DNA of 43,347 nucleotides, taken from Candidatus Adlerbacteria bacterium. Its GTDB lineage: Bacteria; Patescibacteriota; Minisyncoccia; Phycocordibacterales; SBAW01. The stretch is from positions 1 to 43,347 of the forward strand of contig CAIMFR010000072.1 of NCBI GenBank assembly GCA_903840375.1, in the 5' to 3' direction. Made by a program: the position numbers and the translations under genes. Positions 17,867-27,288 of this stretch are shown here, piece after piece; within the stretch, counting starts at the first letter, position 1, and each line of letters begins with the position of its first letter. Under the pieces are notes generated by a model that was not told where the DNA came from, ran no database searches, and saw only the letters and a program-made list of their open reading frames with translations.

Positions 17867-18580
17867 TTATTTGACCGGGGTCGGCGGTGGCGGAACGATG
17901 CCGATATTGCTTTCGTATGTCTTTGCTACCTCGCCGAGCACGAACGCGATGGTCTGAAGCGATGCGTCATTTGCAGGGATCGAGTATGTGATAGCTTTAT
18001 TATCACAGTCTGAATTCAAAAGTGCGATGACCGGAATATTGAGCTGGCGAGCCTCTTCGACTGATCCGCTTTCTTTTCTCGGGTCGACGACAAAAAGTGC
18101 ATCCGGAAGCTTATGCATCGAGCGAAGACCGCCGAACATCGTTTCCAGGTCTGTTATCTCGCGGTCGATAAGAAGACGCTCATGTTTGGTGAACTTCGCC
18201 AACTCGCCTTTCTCTCGCATATCTGAAAGCTCCGTGAGGCGGTCGAGGCGCTTCTGAATCTGGGAAAAATTAGTGAGCGAACCCCCTATCCAGCGCGATG
18301 CGACGTATGGCTGATTGAGTCGCTGTGCCGCTCGGATAAGAGCCTCGCGCGCCTCTGCCTTGCCACCAACGAAGAGGATCGTCTTGCGCTGAGCGGCAAG
18401 CGACTTGATAAAATCTAAAGCCGTTTCCATGCAGCCGGCTGTCTTCTCAAGATCGAACAGCTCCGCACCGCCCTTTACGCCGAAAAGATACGGCGCGACA
18501 GACGGATGCCTACGCGACGGCGCATAGCCGAAATGAGCCCCGACTGAAAATAGTTTGTCTATTAGTTCGCTTTTTTCCAT
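17867..18580 (-). CDS. rpsB: 30S ribosomal protein S2
   Basis: Signature blocks are LFSVGAHFGY, ILFVGGK and RWIGGSLTN. The start is probably ATG 18580 (MEKSELIDKLF), with an alternative ATG at 18607. Confidence 0.92.
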   Translation of the reverse strand: MEKSELIDKLFSVGAHFGYAPSRRHPSVAPYLFGVKGGAELFDLEKTAGCMETALDFIKSLAAQRKTILFVGGKAEAREALIRAAQRLNQPYVASRWIGGSLTNFSQIQKRLDRLTELSDMREKGELAKFTKHERLLIDREITDLETMFGGLRSMHKLPDALFVVDPRKESGSVEEARQLNIPVIALLNSDCDNKAITYSIPANDASLQTIAFVLGEVAKTYESNIGIVPPPPTPVK

Positions 18581-18618
18581 AGTAGGTGTACCAAAAGAGC
18601 GTAGCATGTTCGACCGCT

Positions 18619-19587
18619 TTACGCAACATGTTCGACCCCGCCGTCAGCCGTAGCAAGCGCCTCGAGGATCGATCCGATGTTGCCGGCAAAAATAGACGGC
18701 AAATTGTGCCAGCTCTCTTTGAGACGGTGGTCAGTCACGCGATCCTGCAAGATATTGTACGTGCGAATCTTCTCTGAACGGTCCGCAGTGCCTATCTGTG
18801 ATAGGCGATCTGATGACAATTTAGCCGCCGCTTTTTCCTCCTCATAAGCCTCAATTTTCGCCATCAAAACTTCCATGGCTTTCTCGCGGTTGGCGAGCTG
18901 CTGACGCTCCGACTGCGAGCGCGCCTCGATGCCGGTCGGCTTATGCACTATACGCACAGCCGTCTCTACCTTGTTGACGTTCTGTCCGCCTGCGCCGCCT
19001 GCGCGAGAAAATTCCATATAGATATCTGCCGGATTGATCACGACCGTGTGTTTTTTACGAATCGGTAAAATTGCTACCGATGCGGTCGAGGTGTGAATAC
19101 GACCGGACTTCTCTGTTTCCGGTATGCGCTGAATGCGGTGCACCCCTGTCTCGAAACGTAGTTCTTTGTAGACTCCGATTCCATGCAGCTCAAGCACAAC
19201 TTCCTTGTAACCGCCGAGGTCGGTCTTGGACTCTGACAGCACACGCACTTGCCAACCCTTTCCTTCGGCATAGGCACGGTACATTTTGGAAAGTTCCTCC
19301 GCGAAAAGTGCCGCCTCTTCCCCGCCGACGCCGGCGCGTATTTCCAAAATAGCTTCGTTCGGAAATTCTTCCTCCGCCTTCTCATGTGTGAGTATCTTTT
19401 CTATCTCAGCAAGCAGAGCAGCCTTCTGATCTTCGATGCGCGCAAGCTCCTCCCTGGCAAGTTCTCCGAGCCCGCCGACAGTAAGCTCCTTCACCTCTGC
19501 TTCTTCAGCAATTAGGCGCTCTAATTGCGCGGCAAAATATGCCGTCTTCGGATTTTCCTTGTACCGTAAAATGTCTTCGGTTGTCAT
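18619..19587 (-). CDS. prfA: Peptide chain release factor 1
   Basis: It has the GGQ motif ([24 protein letters not shown]) and an RF1-type tripeptide context ([17 protein letters not shown]). The start is ATG 19587; the track start at 19692 is TTG. Confidence 0.92.
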   Translation of the reverse strand: MTTEDILRYKENPKTAYFAAQLERLIAEEAEVKELTVGGLGELAREELARIEDQKAALLAEIEKILTHEKAEEEFPNEAILEIRAGVGGEEAALFAEELSKMYRAYAEGKGWQVRVLSESKTDLGGYKEVVLELHGIGVYKELRFETGVHRIQRIPETEKSGRIHTSTASVAILPIRKKHTVVINPADIYMEFSRAGGAGGQNVNKVETAVRIVHKPTGIEARSQSERQQLANREKAMEVLMAKIEAYEEEKAAAKLSSDRLSQIGTADRSEKIRTYNILQDRVTDHRLKESWHNLPSIFAGNIGSILEALATADGGVEHVA

Positions 19588-19725
19588 AAAAAATGTACAG
19601 GCATGGTGTGCAAAACAAGGTTGCGGGAGGCTTCTGAGCGCGACGGCGCGAGGATTGAGCAAATTTTTAGCAAAAAAATTGAGTACTCCCAAAACCTTGG
19701 TTTTGCATACAATGCATGTTCCAAA

Positions 19726-19944
19726 TTATTTGGCCGTCTTTGTTGCTGCAGCACGGCGTGCTTTGAATTTCTCAACGCGACCTGCTGTGTCGAGGATCTT
19801 TTCGTTGCCGGTGTAGAACGGGTGGCATGCGCTGCAGATTTCAACATTGAGTGCCTTCTGCGTAGAACCCACGGTAAAAGTGCGCCCGCAAACGCAGGTA
19901 GCCTTGGCGTCGGAAACATATGTCGGATGCGTATCTGCTTTCAT
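19726..19944 (-). CDS. rpmE: 50S ribosomal protein L31 (Zn-ribbon type)
   Basis: MKADTHPTY..., with Cys pairs CVC and CSAC, and HPFYTG. The start is ATG 19944; the track start at 19980 is TTG. Confidence 0.92.
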   Translation of the reverse strand: MKADTHPTYVSDAKATCVCGRTFTVGSTQKALNVEICSACHPFYTGNEKILDTAGRVEKFKARRAAATKTAK

Positions 19945-19991
19945 AAATGGAACGATACCACCAAAACCATTTTGGTGCAAATCAAACAGCC

Positions 19992-21368
19992 CTAATTACA
20001 ATTACCGCCGTTGGTGTTGTTGTTCAGAATGTCTATTTGACACTGATATTTCTGCGCCAAGGCTGCGACTTGCTGTCCGTAGAATTGGAGACTCTTGTTG
20101 TTGGTGTTGCCGCAGCCTGCCAGGTAACACATCGCGGCCTTGAACTCTGTCGCGGATGTCTTCCCGTCTGCACCGCTATCGGTTAGGTAGATTGCCGCCG
20201 CCATGAACGCATCCTCGGGATTCCACGGATTCGGCGGCGTAGCGCCAGTGAGCTTGCCGACGCGATCTTTGGACGAGTCATAATGCCAGTCCGGCTTCAC
20301 ATACCCTGCGTAGAGCGCCCATGTCGACGGAATGAATTGTGCCGGGCCCATCGCACCGCCGTAGCCATACCATGGCTTCTTCGATACCGGCATCGTATCG
20401 GGATTGAGGCCGAGGCTTGCGGTTATTGCCTTGAAGATCGGCATGTCGCGCGTCTTGTTCATGTCAACGGTCCACGAACCGGTGCCGACATTCTGACCGA
20501 GATCCGACTCTTCTGCGATGATGCCGAGTAGGAACGCGGGGCGGATGCCGGTCTCCTTTGCCGCGAGGGTGGCATAGTCGAGCGCTTTGCCGAATGGAAT
20601 CGCCGCCGAACCGGTGAGCTGGAAGAGTGCGGCACGGATCTGCGCGGCGGACTTCTGATTCTGCGCTATCAATGCTTGATACGCTTTCTCCTGCCCTTTC
20701 GTCTCCGTCAAGATCTGCTGCTTTTGATCCTCCTGATCGGTGATCTGCGACGCCTGCAGCTGCTGTACCTGGCGCAACTGAGTCTCTTCCTCTAGCTGCG
20801 CCTCAAGGTCATCTTTCTCCTGCTGCGTTGTTTGTTTGGTCGTTTGTATCTTAGTAAATGAACTCTGCATTTGTACGTTTATCTGGTCGAACGAGGCAAG
20901 GTCGCCAAAAAATTGCGACAAACTCTCCGCAGACATGACAGCCACTACGAGCGACGTAGTGTCGAGTTGATCCTTCTCGCGCATAATAGCGCCGAGCGAT
21001 TCAAGCTCGCTGTTGAGTTGCGTGTTTAGACCAAAAATGGTGTTTTGTTTGTCCTCGATACTGCTTGTCAATTGCTGTATCACGAGTGTGCGAGCATTTA
21101 TGGAAAGTTGCGCCTGCTTGATCTGAGCATCAAGTATGGCAATGTCGCGATTGAGCGACGTGTGTTCCTGCTGTTTGGTATCAAGAACTTTCTGCTGCTG
21201 TGCTATGGCCGCGTTGATTATATCAAGCTGTGCTTGGAGCTGCGCGCGATACGTATCCGTCAAGGTTGTACCGGAATCCTGTGCGCGAACGACACCGCAG
21301 TTTCCGTATAACAGCAATCCCGTAAGAAGAATAATGGCGACAATGAGCCGCCGAATCGTAGTGCACAT
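19992..21368 (-). CDS. Secreted coiled-coil protein with a C-terminal lytic transglycosylase (SLT_2/MltB-like) domain
   Basis: 458 aa with a signal peptide ([22 protein letters not shown]) and about 230 aa of Gln-rich coiled coil. The catalytic region follows, with IIAEESDLG (Glu-Ser) and [14 protein letters not shown]. Confidence 0.7.
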   Translation of the reverse strand: MCTTIRRLIVAIILLTGLLLYGNCGVVRAQDSGTTLTDTYRAQLQAQLDIINAAIAQQQKVLDTKQQEHTSLNRDIAILDAQIKQAQLSINARTLVIQQLTSSIEDKQNTIFGLNTQLNSELESLGAIMREKDQLDTTSLVVAVMSAESLSQFFGDLASFDQINVQMQSSFTKIQTTKQTTQQEKDDLEAQLEEETQLRQVQQLQASQITDQEDQKQQILTETKGQEKAYQALIAQNQKSAAQIRAALFQLTGSAAIPFGKALDYATLAAKETGIRPAFLLGIIAEESDLGQNVGTGSWTVDMNKTRDMPIFKAITASLGLNPDTMPVSKKPWYGYGGAMGPAQFIPSTWALYAGYVKPDWHYDSSKDRVGKLTGATPPNPWNPEDAFMAAAIYLTDSGADGKTSATEFKAAMCYLAGCGNTNNKSLQFYGQQVAALAQKYQCQIDILNNNTNGGNCN

Positions 21369-21386
21369 AGATATAGTATAGCAAAT

Positions 21387-22025
21387 CTATTCTGCCGCCG
21401 GCACTTCCTCTTCTTCTTTCTTGCCTTTCTTTTCTACTTCGATCGCAGAGAGATCTACGGGCGCAGACGATTCTTCTTTTTCCTCCTCAACCTTCGATGC
21501 CATCGCGACAACTTCGTCTGCATCTACATTTATGGTAGCGCTCGGCGGAATGGCGAGGTCGCTCACCAAGATCTTGTCGTCGATATGTACGAGTTTGCTG
21601 ATGTCCACAATGATCGAGTGCGGTAATTCTTTCGGTAGGATCTCCATCTCTATCTCATGCATGACCTTCACCAAAATAGCACCACTGTCTTTAACGGCAG
21701 GAGATACGCCGGTGAATTCGAGCGGGACGGACACGGTGACCTTCTGACCCTTCTGAATAACGTACAGGTCAGCGTGGACCATGATACCGGTGAGAGGATC
21801 TGCGACAACGTCGTTGATGAGCGCCTCCTTTTCATCTCCAAAGCCTGTAAGAGTAATAACGGTAGACTCGCCTGCCGCGGCAAAGACCTTTTCAAATGCC
21901 TTTCGGTCAAGGCTTATCGGCATAGATTCCTGGCTGCGACCGTACATGACCGCAGGCAATATGCCGGCACGGCGAAGTGCCGCTGTGTTTGCTTTGCTGT
22001 CGCGTTTTTGTACCGTTAATTCCAT
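21387..22025 (-). CDS. rplY: 50S ribosomal protein L25 / general stress protein Ctc
   Basis: 212 aa. The N-terminus is LRRAGILPAVMYG, followed by the Ctc-type two-domain body and an acidic/Lys-rich tail. Confidence 0.9.
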   Translation of the reverse strand: MELTVQKRDSKANTAALRRAGILPAVMYGRSQESMPISLDRKAFEKVFAAAGESTVITLTGFGDEKEALINDVVADPLTGIMVHADLYVIQKGQKVTVSVPLEFTGVSPAVKDSGAILVKVMHEIEMEILPKELPHSIIVDISKLVHIDDKILVSDLAIPPSATINVDADEVVAMASKVEEEKEESSAPVDLSAIEVEKKGKKEEEEVPAAE

Positions 22026-22045
22026 GTCGATAGACTATACAGAAA

Positions 22046-22915
22046 CTACTGTGATTTTGCAAACAGACGCATCTTCTGTGCGACGAAGTCCTGCATGCGC
22101 CCGACCGAAGGGGCTAGGAACTTGTACGGGGTCGTTTCTTTCGAATTAGCTGAAAGCGTCTCGGCGAGAGTGTCGTGGTATATGACACGCAGGTCGGTGT
22201 TGATGTGTATCATGACAATACCCGCCGTTATGGCCTGAACAAACTCGCCATCACTCGAACCCGAACCGCCGTGGAGCACGAGCGGCGCGCCCGCCGTCGT
22301 CGCCAACTCCGCAATGCGCGCAATGGAAAGCTTAGGCTGACCACTCCGCACCACACCGTGGATATTGCCGACGGCGGGCGCGACCAGATTCGCATGTGTC
22401 TCCATCACCAGATCATGCAGCTCGCCCGACGTTGTCATCATCTCCTCGGTGATAGCTGCGCCTTCCGGCAAAGTGTCCATCACACTGGACGAAGTGCCGA
22501 TGTATCCTAATTCTCCTTCTATCAAGATCTCGCGAGTGCTCGCGCGCGCCTCCTCGACACAAGTCTTCAGCAAAGCGATATTCTCTATGAACGGCAACTT
22601 TGCTCCGTCGACGACGATGGAGTCTACTCCTGCCGCAATGGCCTCCTTTACTTTCTCTACACTGTACGTGTGGTCGGCATTGAGATACATCTGTAGACCG
22701 TCTGTATTGTATGCATTGATGATCGCGCGCGCATGCGCAAGAGGAAAGAACTCGCGCTCGCCTTCGGACAGTCCGACGACGACCGGCAAGCCTGTCTCAC
22801 GCGCCGCCAGGGCGATGGCACGAAGCTGGTTGGAATCAGAGACATTGAAATGTCCGAGCGCCTTCCCGCCGTTTTTATATTCTTCGACACACTCGCGTAG
22901 TGTTTGCATTAACAT
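22046..22915 (-). CDS. fba: Class II fructose/ketose-bisphosphate aldolase
   Basis: The homologous region starts at MLMQTLRECVEEYKNGGKALGHFNV (ATG 22915 or 22909). Signature blocks are NADHTYS, VVDGAKLPF, IEGELGYIG and LVLHGGSGS. The 133-codon upstream extension of the track ORF is antisense to the pfkB-type kinase gene. Confidence 0.85.
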   Translation of the reverse strand: MLMQTLRECVEEYKNGGKALGHFNVSDSNQLRAIALAARETGLPVVVGLSEGEREFFPLAHARAIINAYNTDGLQMYLNADHTYSVEKVKEAIAAGVDSIVVDGAKLPFIENIALLKTCVEEARASTREILIEGELGYIGTSSSVMDTLPEGAAITEEMMTTSGELHDLVMETHANLVAPAVGNIHGVVRSGQPKLSIARIAELATTAGAPLVLHGGSGSSDGEFVQAITAGIVMIHINTDLRVIYHDTLAETLSANSKETTPYKFLAPSVGRMQDFVAQKMRLFAKSQ

Positions 22916-22925
22916 AGTATATACT
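22916..22925. promoter_or_regulatory. Palindromic AGTATATACT that offers a TATACT -10 box in both directions
   Basis: This is a perfect 10-bp palindrome in the 18-nt gap between the divergent fba and kinase genes. On the plus strand, TATACT is followed by 8 nt and then ATG 22934. On the minus strand, TATACT abuts ATG 22915 and lies 6 nt from ATG 22909. There is no SD on either side. Confidence 0.35.
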
Positions 22926-22933
22926 AAAAATGT

Positions 22934-23929
22934 ATGAACCAAATAGATTTCCTCGCAATAGGCGACACTGTTATCGACGATTTTATACGACTGAATGATG
23001 TAGCTATTAAGTGTGACGCACACTCTGACCAATGTGAGATGTGTCTGGAGTGGGGCGGGAAAATTCCATACGAGTCGAACACCGTCATTGCGGGGACAGG
23101 CAACGCCGCGAACGCCGCCGTGTGCGCCGCGCGTCTCGGACTCTCTTCCGCATTGTGCAGCGTCGTCGGCGACGACCTGCGCGGTACGCAGTGCATCGAA
23201 GCCCTTACCGGCGAACAGGTAGATACTTCGCTCATACATCGCCAAAGCGGCGTTCAGACAAACTACCATTATGTTCTCTGGCACGAAGCCAATCGCACAA
23301 TCCTCGTGCATCACGATGCATTCGCGTACAATGTGCCGACTGTAAAACCGAAGTGGGCGTACCTTTCATCGGTGGCGAAAGATTCATTACCATTTCATCA
23401 TGAGTTATTGAAATGGCTCTCCGATAATCCTGAAATAAAACTGGCATTCCAGCCGGGCACATTCCAAATACAGTTCGGCATTGAAGCACTCCGAGCTATC
23501 TACGGCCGCAGCGAAATTGTATTCTGCAATAAAGAAGAGGCGGAACATATACTCGGGATCGATAACACTGATGATATAAAAAATATTTTGCAGAAAATGA
23601 AAGCTCTCGGACCGAAGAAAGTTGTCGTGACCGACGATGTGCATGGCGCGTACGCAATAGATGACAACGGCGCGATGTGGCATGTGCCGATCTACAACGA
23701 TATTAAGCCTCCATTTGAAAGAACCGGCGCAGGCGACGCCTTATCCTCGAGCATCACGACAGCACTCGCACTCGGAAAACCATTTGCAGAAGCACTCCTC
23801 TGGGGACCGATCAACGCGATAAAAGTGACACATGAAATAGGCGCACAAAAAGGTTTGATCTCAAGAGAGGAACTCGAAAAGATACTCACAACCGCACCGG
23901 AATCCTACAAGTTGACAAAATACGAATAA
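22934..23929 (+). CDS. PfkB-family carbohydrate kinase (specificity unknown)
   Basis: 331 aa. The N-terminal ribokinase-like block is FLAIGDTVIDDF ... GGKIPYESN ... GTGNAAN, and the C-terminal motif is TGAGDALSS. Confidence 0.8.
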   Translation: MNQIDFLAIGDTVIDDFIRLNDVAIKCDAHSDQCEMCLEWGGKIPYESNTVIAGTGNAANAAVCAARLGLSSALCSVVGDDLRGTQCIEALTGEQVDTSLIHRQSGVQTNYHYVLWHEANRTILVHHDAFAYNVPTVKPKWAYLSSVAKDSLPFHHELLKWLSDNPEIKLAFQPGTFQIQFGIEALRAIYGRSEIVFCNKEEAEHILGIDNTDDIKNILQKMKALGPKKVVVTDDVHGAYAIDDNGAMWHVPIYNDIKPPFERTGAGDALSSSITTALALGKPFAEALLWGPINAIKVTHEIGAQKGLISREELEKILTTAPESYKLTKYE

Positions 23930-23986
23930 CACCGCACAATCCCGTGCAGAAGTTACCTTAACCACGTCTTCCTTTTGGAGGCAAAA

Positions 23987-26209
23987 ATGCCTGGCGAATC
24001 GGACGAAAGAGTTCCGATGCTCACTTCCCTTACGCTGGCGCTGCTGGCATTGGGAATCGTATTCGGTGACATCGGAACATCTCCACTCTATGTCTTGACG
24101 GCGATCCTCGGACCGGACAAAAGCTTCTACACTCCGCCACACATCATCGGCGCAAACGGCATCATCTTCTGGATACTGATCCTCGTGGTGACCGCATTCT
24201 ATTGCGGAGTGGTCTTGAAGATAAATCTAAACGGCGACGGCGGTATCACCGTACTCTACGGTATGGCGCATCGACAGATCGATCGACTGTGGGCGCGCGT
24301 CGGCATCGCCGGAGTAATAGCTGACGGACAGATCACGCCGGCAATATCAACACTCTCAGCTTGGTGGGGACTGCTTGCGATACCAGGATTCGTGACACTG
24401 ACAACACTTGTTCAGAATCACGCAGTCTCTTACGGATGGATCCCGCATGTAAAAGCCGCTGCGGCACTTGAAACGCAGCGTGCCGCACTGGGTGAATGGA
24501 TTGCGATCGCCCTCACACTAGCATCTCTCGTTGTGCTTTTTGCGATCCAGAAAAAAGGTACGAACAAGATCGGAGCGTACTTCGGTCCCGTCATGTTTGT
24601 ATGGTTCGCTATGTTGACGTACGGAGGGATGCCGCAGATCACACAACACCCGAGTATCTTGCTCGCTCCGTTGCGGTTCGACTATATGTGGGCATTACTC
24701 ACACACGATCTGGAGTGGTGGAAATCACCTGCAATATTCGCAGCCGCCATACTTTCCGCTCTGACCACGTTCGGCGCAGGACTTCTTGCTGCAACAGGCG
24801 GAGAGGCTCTCTACGCCGATATGGGACATTTCGGACGGCGTCCGGTGGTCACCGCATGGGCGCTGGTGATGATCGGCCTGCTTACAAATTACTTTGGGCA
24901 GTGCGCATCAATGGTCACCAACGGATACACGGATACGCCCTTCTTCGCACTGTATAAAAACAACATGTCTGTCCTTGCCTTCATGGTGGGATTGGCGGTC
25001 GCGGCGACATTTATCGCTTCACAAGCGTTGCTGACAGGATGCTTCAGCCTAGTAGTGCAAGCTATCCGACTTCGTCTCGTACCGCGTGTGCGTATCATAT
25101 TCACATCCAACAATGCGGCGCATGTATATGTACCGATGGTGAATGCATTCTTGCTCATCGGCGAGATAGGCTTCGTGCTCATCTTCAGAGACCCAAACTC
25201 GATGACATACGCATACGGCATGGCGGTCGGTACGACCATGACCATCACCTACACACTGATCAGAAGGATCCGCAAAGAACAAGGAAGGCGTCTCTGGTTC
25301 ATAGACCTATGCGGCGTACTCATCGTACTGCTCACTATCGGCGCTTATTCGAAACTTTTGGAAAGTCTGCTCGGTCTCATCCCTCTCTGCAGCATGGTGA
25401 TGTTTACTTTCGCCATGACCATCTGGGGAAAGGGTCAGCGGATAATTCTGGAGACAGAATATGAAAGCGACAACACTCCGACATTCCGGCAAATGATCGA
25501 TTGCCATGGAGATGCGGTTATCGCACCGATCACACGCGTCTTTCTTTGCTCCCGCGCAGTAGGTCTGGAAGAAAAAGTTCCTCTCGCACTCCAACGCTAT
25601 CTATACGAACAAGGTGCGTGGCCGAGAACGGCGGCGTTCGTACACATAGAACCTGTCGTTAATAAGCCGTATGTAAATGCGGATGATGAAGTCGCATCCA
25701 TCGAGATATACGGAGTCTGTGGCTCTCTGAAAAGGCGGATCTCTATCCTTCTAAAGGACCTACCTCCAAGACCAATACGCTCGCAGGTCCTAACGAAATG
25801 GATACGGGACAGCCTTGACCGCGCCCCGCAAGCTATCCAAGAGGTTGTCTCTGCCGACCAAATGAGCGGACTATTCGACGGACATGCAGAGCCTGATCCT
25901 AAGTATCGCCTCATGCCTGACGAGGACTGTGTGGCACTCGTGACAATACGGTGGGGAAGGAAAGATCCGCCGTTCCTGGTGTCAGTACTACGCTGTCTTG
26001 GAGTCTCATCGGATGAAGCTAAAGTTGTGGCGCATCGACCGGTCTTTCTGATCGACAGCAAGACCACATTTGGAACGAGACTCTGGGTCCATGTGTTTAG
26101 ATGGATCCGCGACAAAGTGCAAACTCTGCCGGAATATCTCGGAGTTCCGTTGTGCCGCGCAATGTTCGTCACACTACAGGTTGATCCGAATCGGACAAGT
26201 ACAAAATAA
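23987..26209 (+). CDS. kup: KUP/HAK/KT-family potassium transporter
   Basis: GGAGG lies 5 nt upstream of ATG 23987; the track start at 23975 is TTG. The signature LGIVFGDIGTSPLYVL is present, followed by about 12 TM segments and a cytoplasmic C-terminal domain. Confidence 0.88.
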   Translation: MPGESDERVPMLTSLTLALLALGIVFGDIGTSPLYVLTAILGPDKSFYTPPHIIGANGIIFWILILVVTAFYCGVVLKINLNGDGGITVLYGMAHRQIDRLWARVGIAGVIADGQITPAISTLSAWWGLLAIPGFVTLTTLVQNHAVSYGWIPHVKAAAALETQRAALGEWIAIALTLASLVVLFAIQKKGTNKIGAYFGPVMFVWFAMLTYGGMPQITQHPSILLAPLRFDYMWALLTHDLEWWKSPAIFAAAILSALTTFGAGLLAATGGEALYADMGHFGRRPVVTAWALVMIGLLTNYFGQCASMVTNGYTDTPFFALYKNNMSVLAFMVGLAVAATFIASQALLTGCFSLVVQAIRLRLVPRVRIIFTSNNAAHVYVPMVNAFLLIGEIGFVLIFRDPNSMTYAYGMAVGTTMTITYTLIRRIRKEQGRRLWFIDLCGVLIVLLTIGAYSKLLESLLGLIPLCSMVMFTFAMTIWGKGQRIILETEYESDNTPTFRQMIDCHGDAVIAPITRVFLCSRAVGLEEKVPLALQRYLYEQGAWPRTAAFVHIEPVVNKPYVNADDEVASIEIYGVCGSLKRRISILLKDLPPRPIRSQVLTKWIRDSLDRAPQAIQEVVSADQMSGLFDGHAEPDPKYRLMPDEDCVALVTIRWGRKDPPFLVSVLRCLGVSSDEAKVVAHRPVFLIDSKTTFGTRLWVHVFRWIRDKVQTLPEYLGVPLCRAMFVTLQVDPNRTSTK

Positions 26210-26231
26210 AAAATAAAAGTAGTGCAATAGT

Positions 26232-26261
26232 ATCCCGGAGTCTCACAAAGACTTCCGGGAT
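26232..26261. terminator. Hairpin between the convergent kup and transketolase genes (possible bidirectional terminator)
   Basis: ATCCCGGA / TCCGGGAT forms a perfect 8-bp stem, extendable to 11 bp with one bulge. It is followed by CTTTCT on the plus strand, and a T-rich run lies further along the minus strand. Confidence 0.45.
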
Positions 26262-26285
26262 CTTTCTATCCTAATGTAAGCGATG

Positions 26286-27287
26286 CTAATTTCTAAAAAT
26301 TTTCCAGACGGACGAAGTTCTGCGACCATTCGCCTTTCGCACTGCCGCAACGATGTGCGACACACCCATTCCATAGTGCTCGATGAGTTCTTTCGGCGTG
26401 CCGGATTGACCGAAACTGTCATGTACGCCAACGAACTCCATTGGTGTCGGACAGCACTGCGCCAATACTTCCGCGATGGTGCTGCCAAGGCAACCTACTA
26501 TTTGATGATCCTCAACTGTCACCACCGCACCGGCGCGTTTCGCTTCTGCAACCACAGCGTCAATATCAAGCGGCTTTATCGTATGAATGTTTATAACTGA
26601 AACTGCAATATCCTTTTCCAATTCTTTCGCGGCGAGCAGCGCATTGTGTGCCATCGGACCAGTCGTGAAAATTGCGACCTGCGGCTTTTCTGAAGTCCAC
26701 AAGGGGACTGACTTCCCTATCTCAAATTTCGTTTTTTCCGTCGTGATTGCCGGCGACACTTCGCGAGACAGGCGTATGTATACCGGGCCTTCGTGCGATG
26801 CCGCGGCAAGTGTTGCCTTGTACGCTTCCTCCTCGTCGCACGGAGAGACGATGGTCATGTTCGGCAACACGCGCATCATCGCAATGTCTTCGAGCGCCTG
26901 ATGAGTCGCACCGTCCGGACCGACTGTGACGCCGGCGTGTGCGCCTGCTATTTTCACCGGAAAATTATTTATCGCGATAGTGGTGCGGATCTGTTCCCAA
27001 TTGCGCCCGGGAGAAAAAACAGCGTACGCTGCGACGAATGGTATCTTACCGTAATTTGCAAAACCTGCGGCAACCGTTACCAAGTTTTGCTCTGCGACCC
27101 CGAGCTCGATGTATCGCTCAGGAAACTTTTCTTTAAAGTCGGCAACGCGCGTACTCTCCGCGACATCGCTGCAAAGCACCACCACGCGCGGGTCTTTCTC
27201 GCCGAGCTCCACGAGAGCACGCCCAAACCCGTCGCGAGTCGCAAGTGTCGAGGCCTCAACATTGAATCGTATGTGTTCGGATACCAT
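26286..27287 (-). CDS. tkt: Transketolase, C-terminal subunit (pyrimidine-binding and C-terminal domains)
   Basis: 333 aa with the blocks RDGFGRALVELG, ELGVAEQNLV and GPDGATHQALEDIAMMRVLPNM. It starts 1 nt after the stop of the N-terminal subunit gene. Confidence 0.9.
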   Translation of the reverse strand: MVSEHIRFNVEASTLATRDGFGRALVELGEKDPRVVVLCSDVAESTRVADFKEKFPERYIELGVAEQNLVTVAAGFANYGKIPFVAAYAVFSPGRNWEQIRTTIAINNFPVKIAGAHAGVTVGPDGATHQALEDIAMMRVLPNMTIVSPCDEEEAYKATLAAASHEGPVYIRLSREVSPAITTEKTKFEIGKSVPLWTSEKPQVAIFTTGPMAHNALLAAKELEKDIAVSVINIHTIKPLDIDAVVAEAKRAGAVVTVEDHQIVGCLGSTIAEVLAQCCPTPMEFVGVHDSFGQSGTPKELIEHYGMGVSHIVAAVRKANGRRTSSVWKIFRN

Positions 27288-27288
27288 A

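Noticed and set aside
19588-19725. 138-nt rpmE-prfA spacer as a possible riboswitch or small RNA
   Set aside because: It has only short, weak stems (CAAAACC/GGTTTTG with a 2-nt loop, and a 5-bp GC stem). I recognise no conserved riboswitch core. It is more simply a terminator/promoter spacer.
22916-23314. 133-codon N-terminal extension of the aldolase ORF (track ORF 22046-23314)
   Set aside because: Aldolase homology starts at MLMQTLRE (22915/22909). The extension is antisense to the N-terminal ribokinase-like fold of the kinase gene and has no aldolase-like sequence.
25600-26209. Long C-terminal region of the Kup transporter as a possible fused extra domain
   Set aside because: KUP/HAK transporters normally carry a sizeable cytoplasmic C-terminal domain. 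Nothing in the sequence suggests an additional recognisable module.
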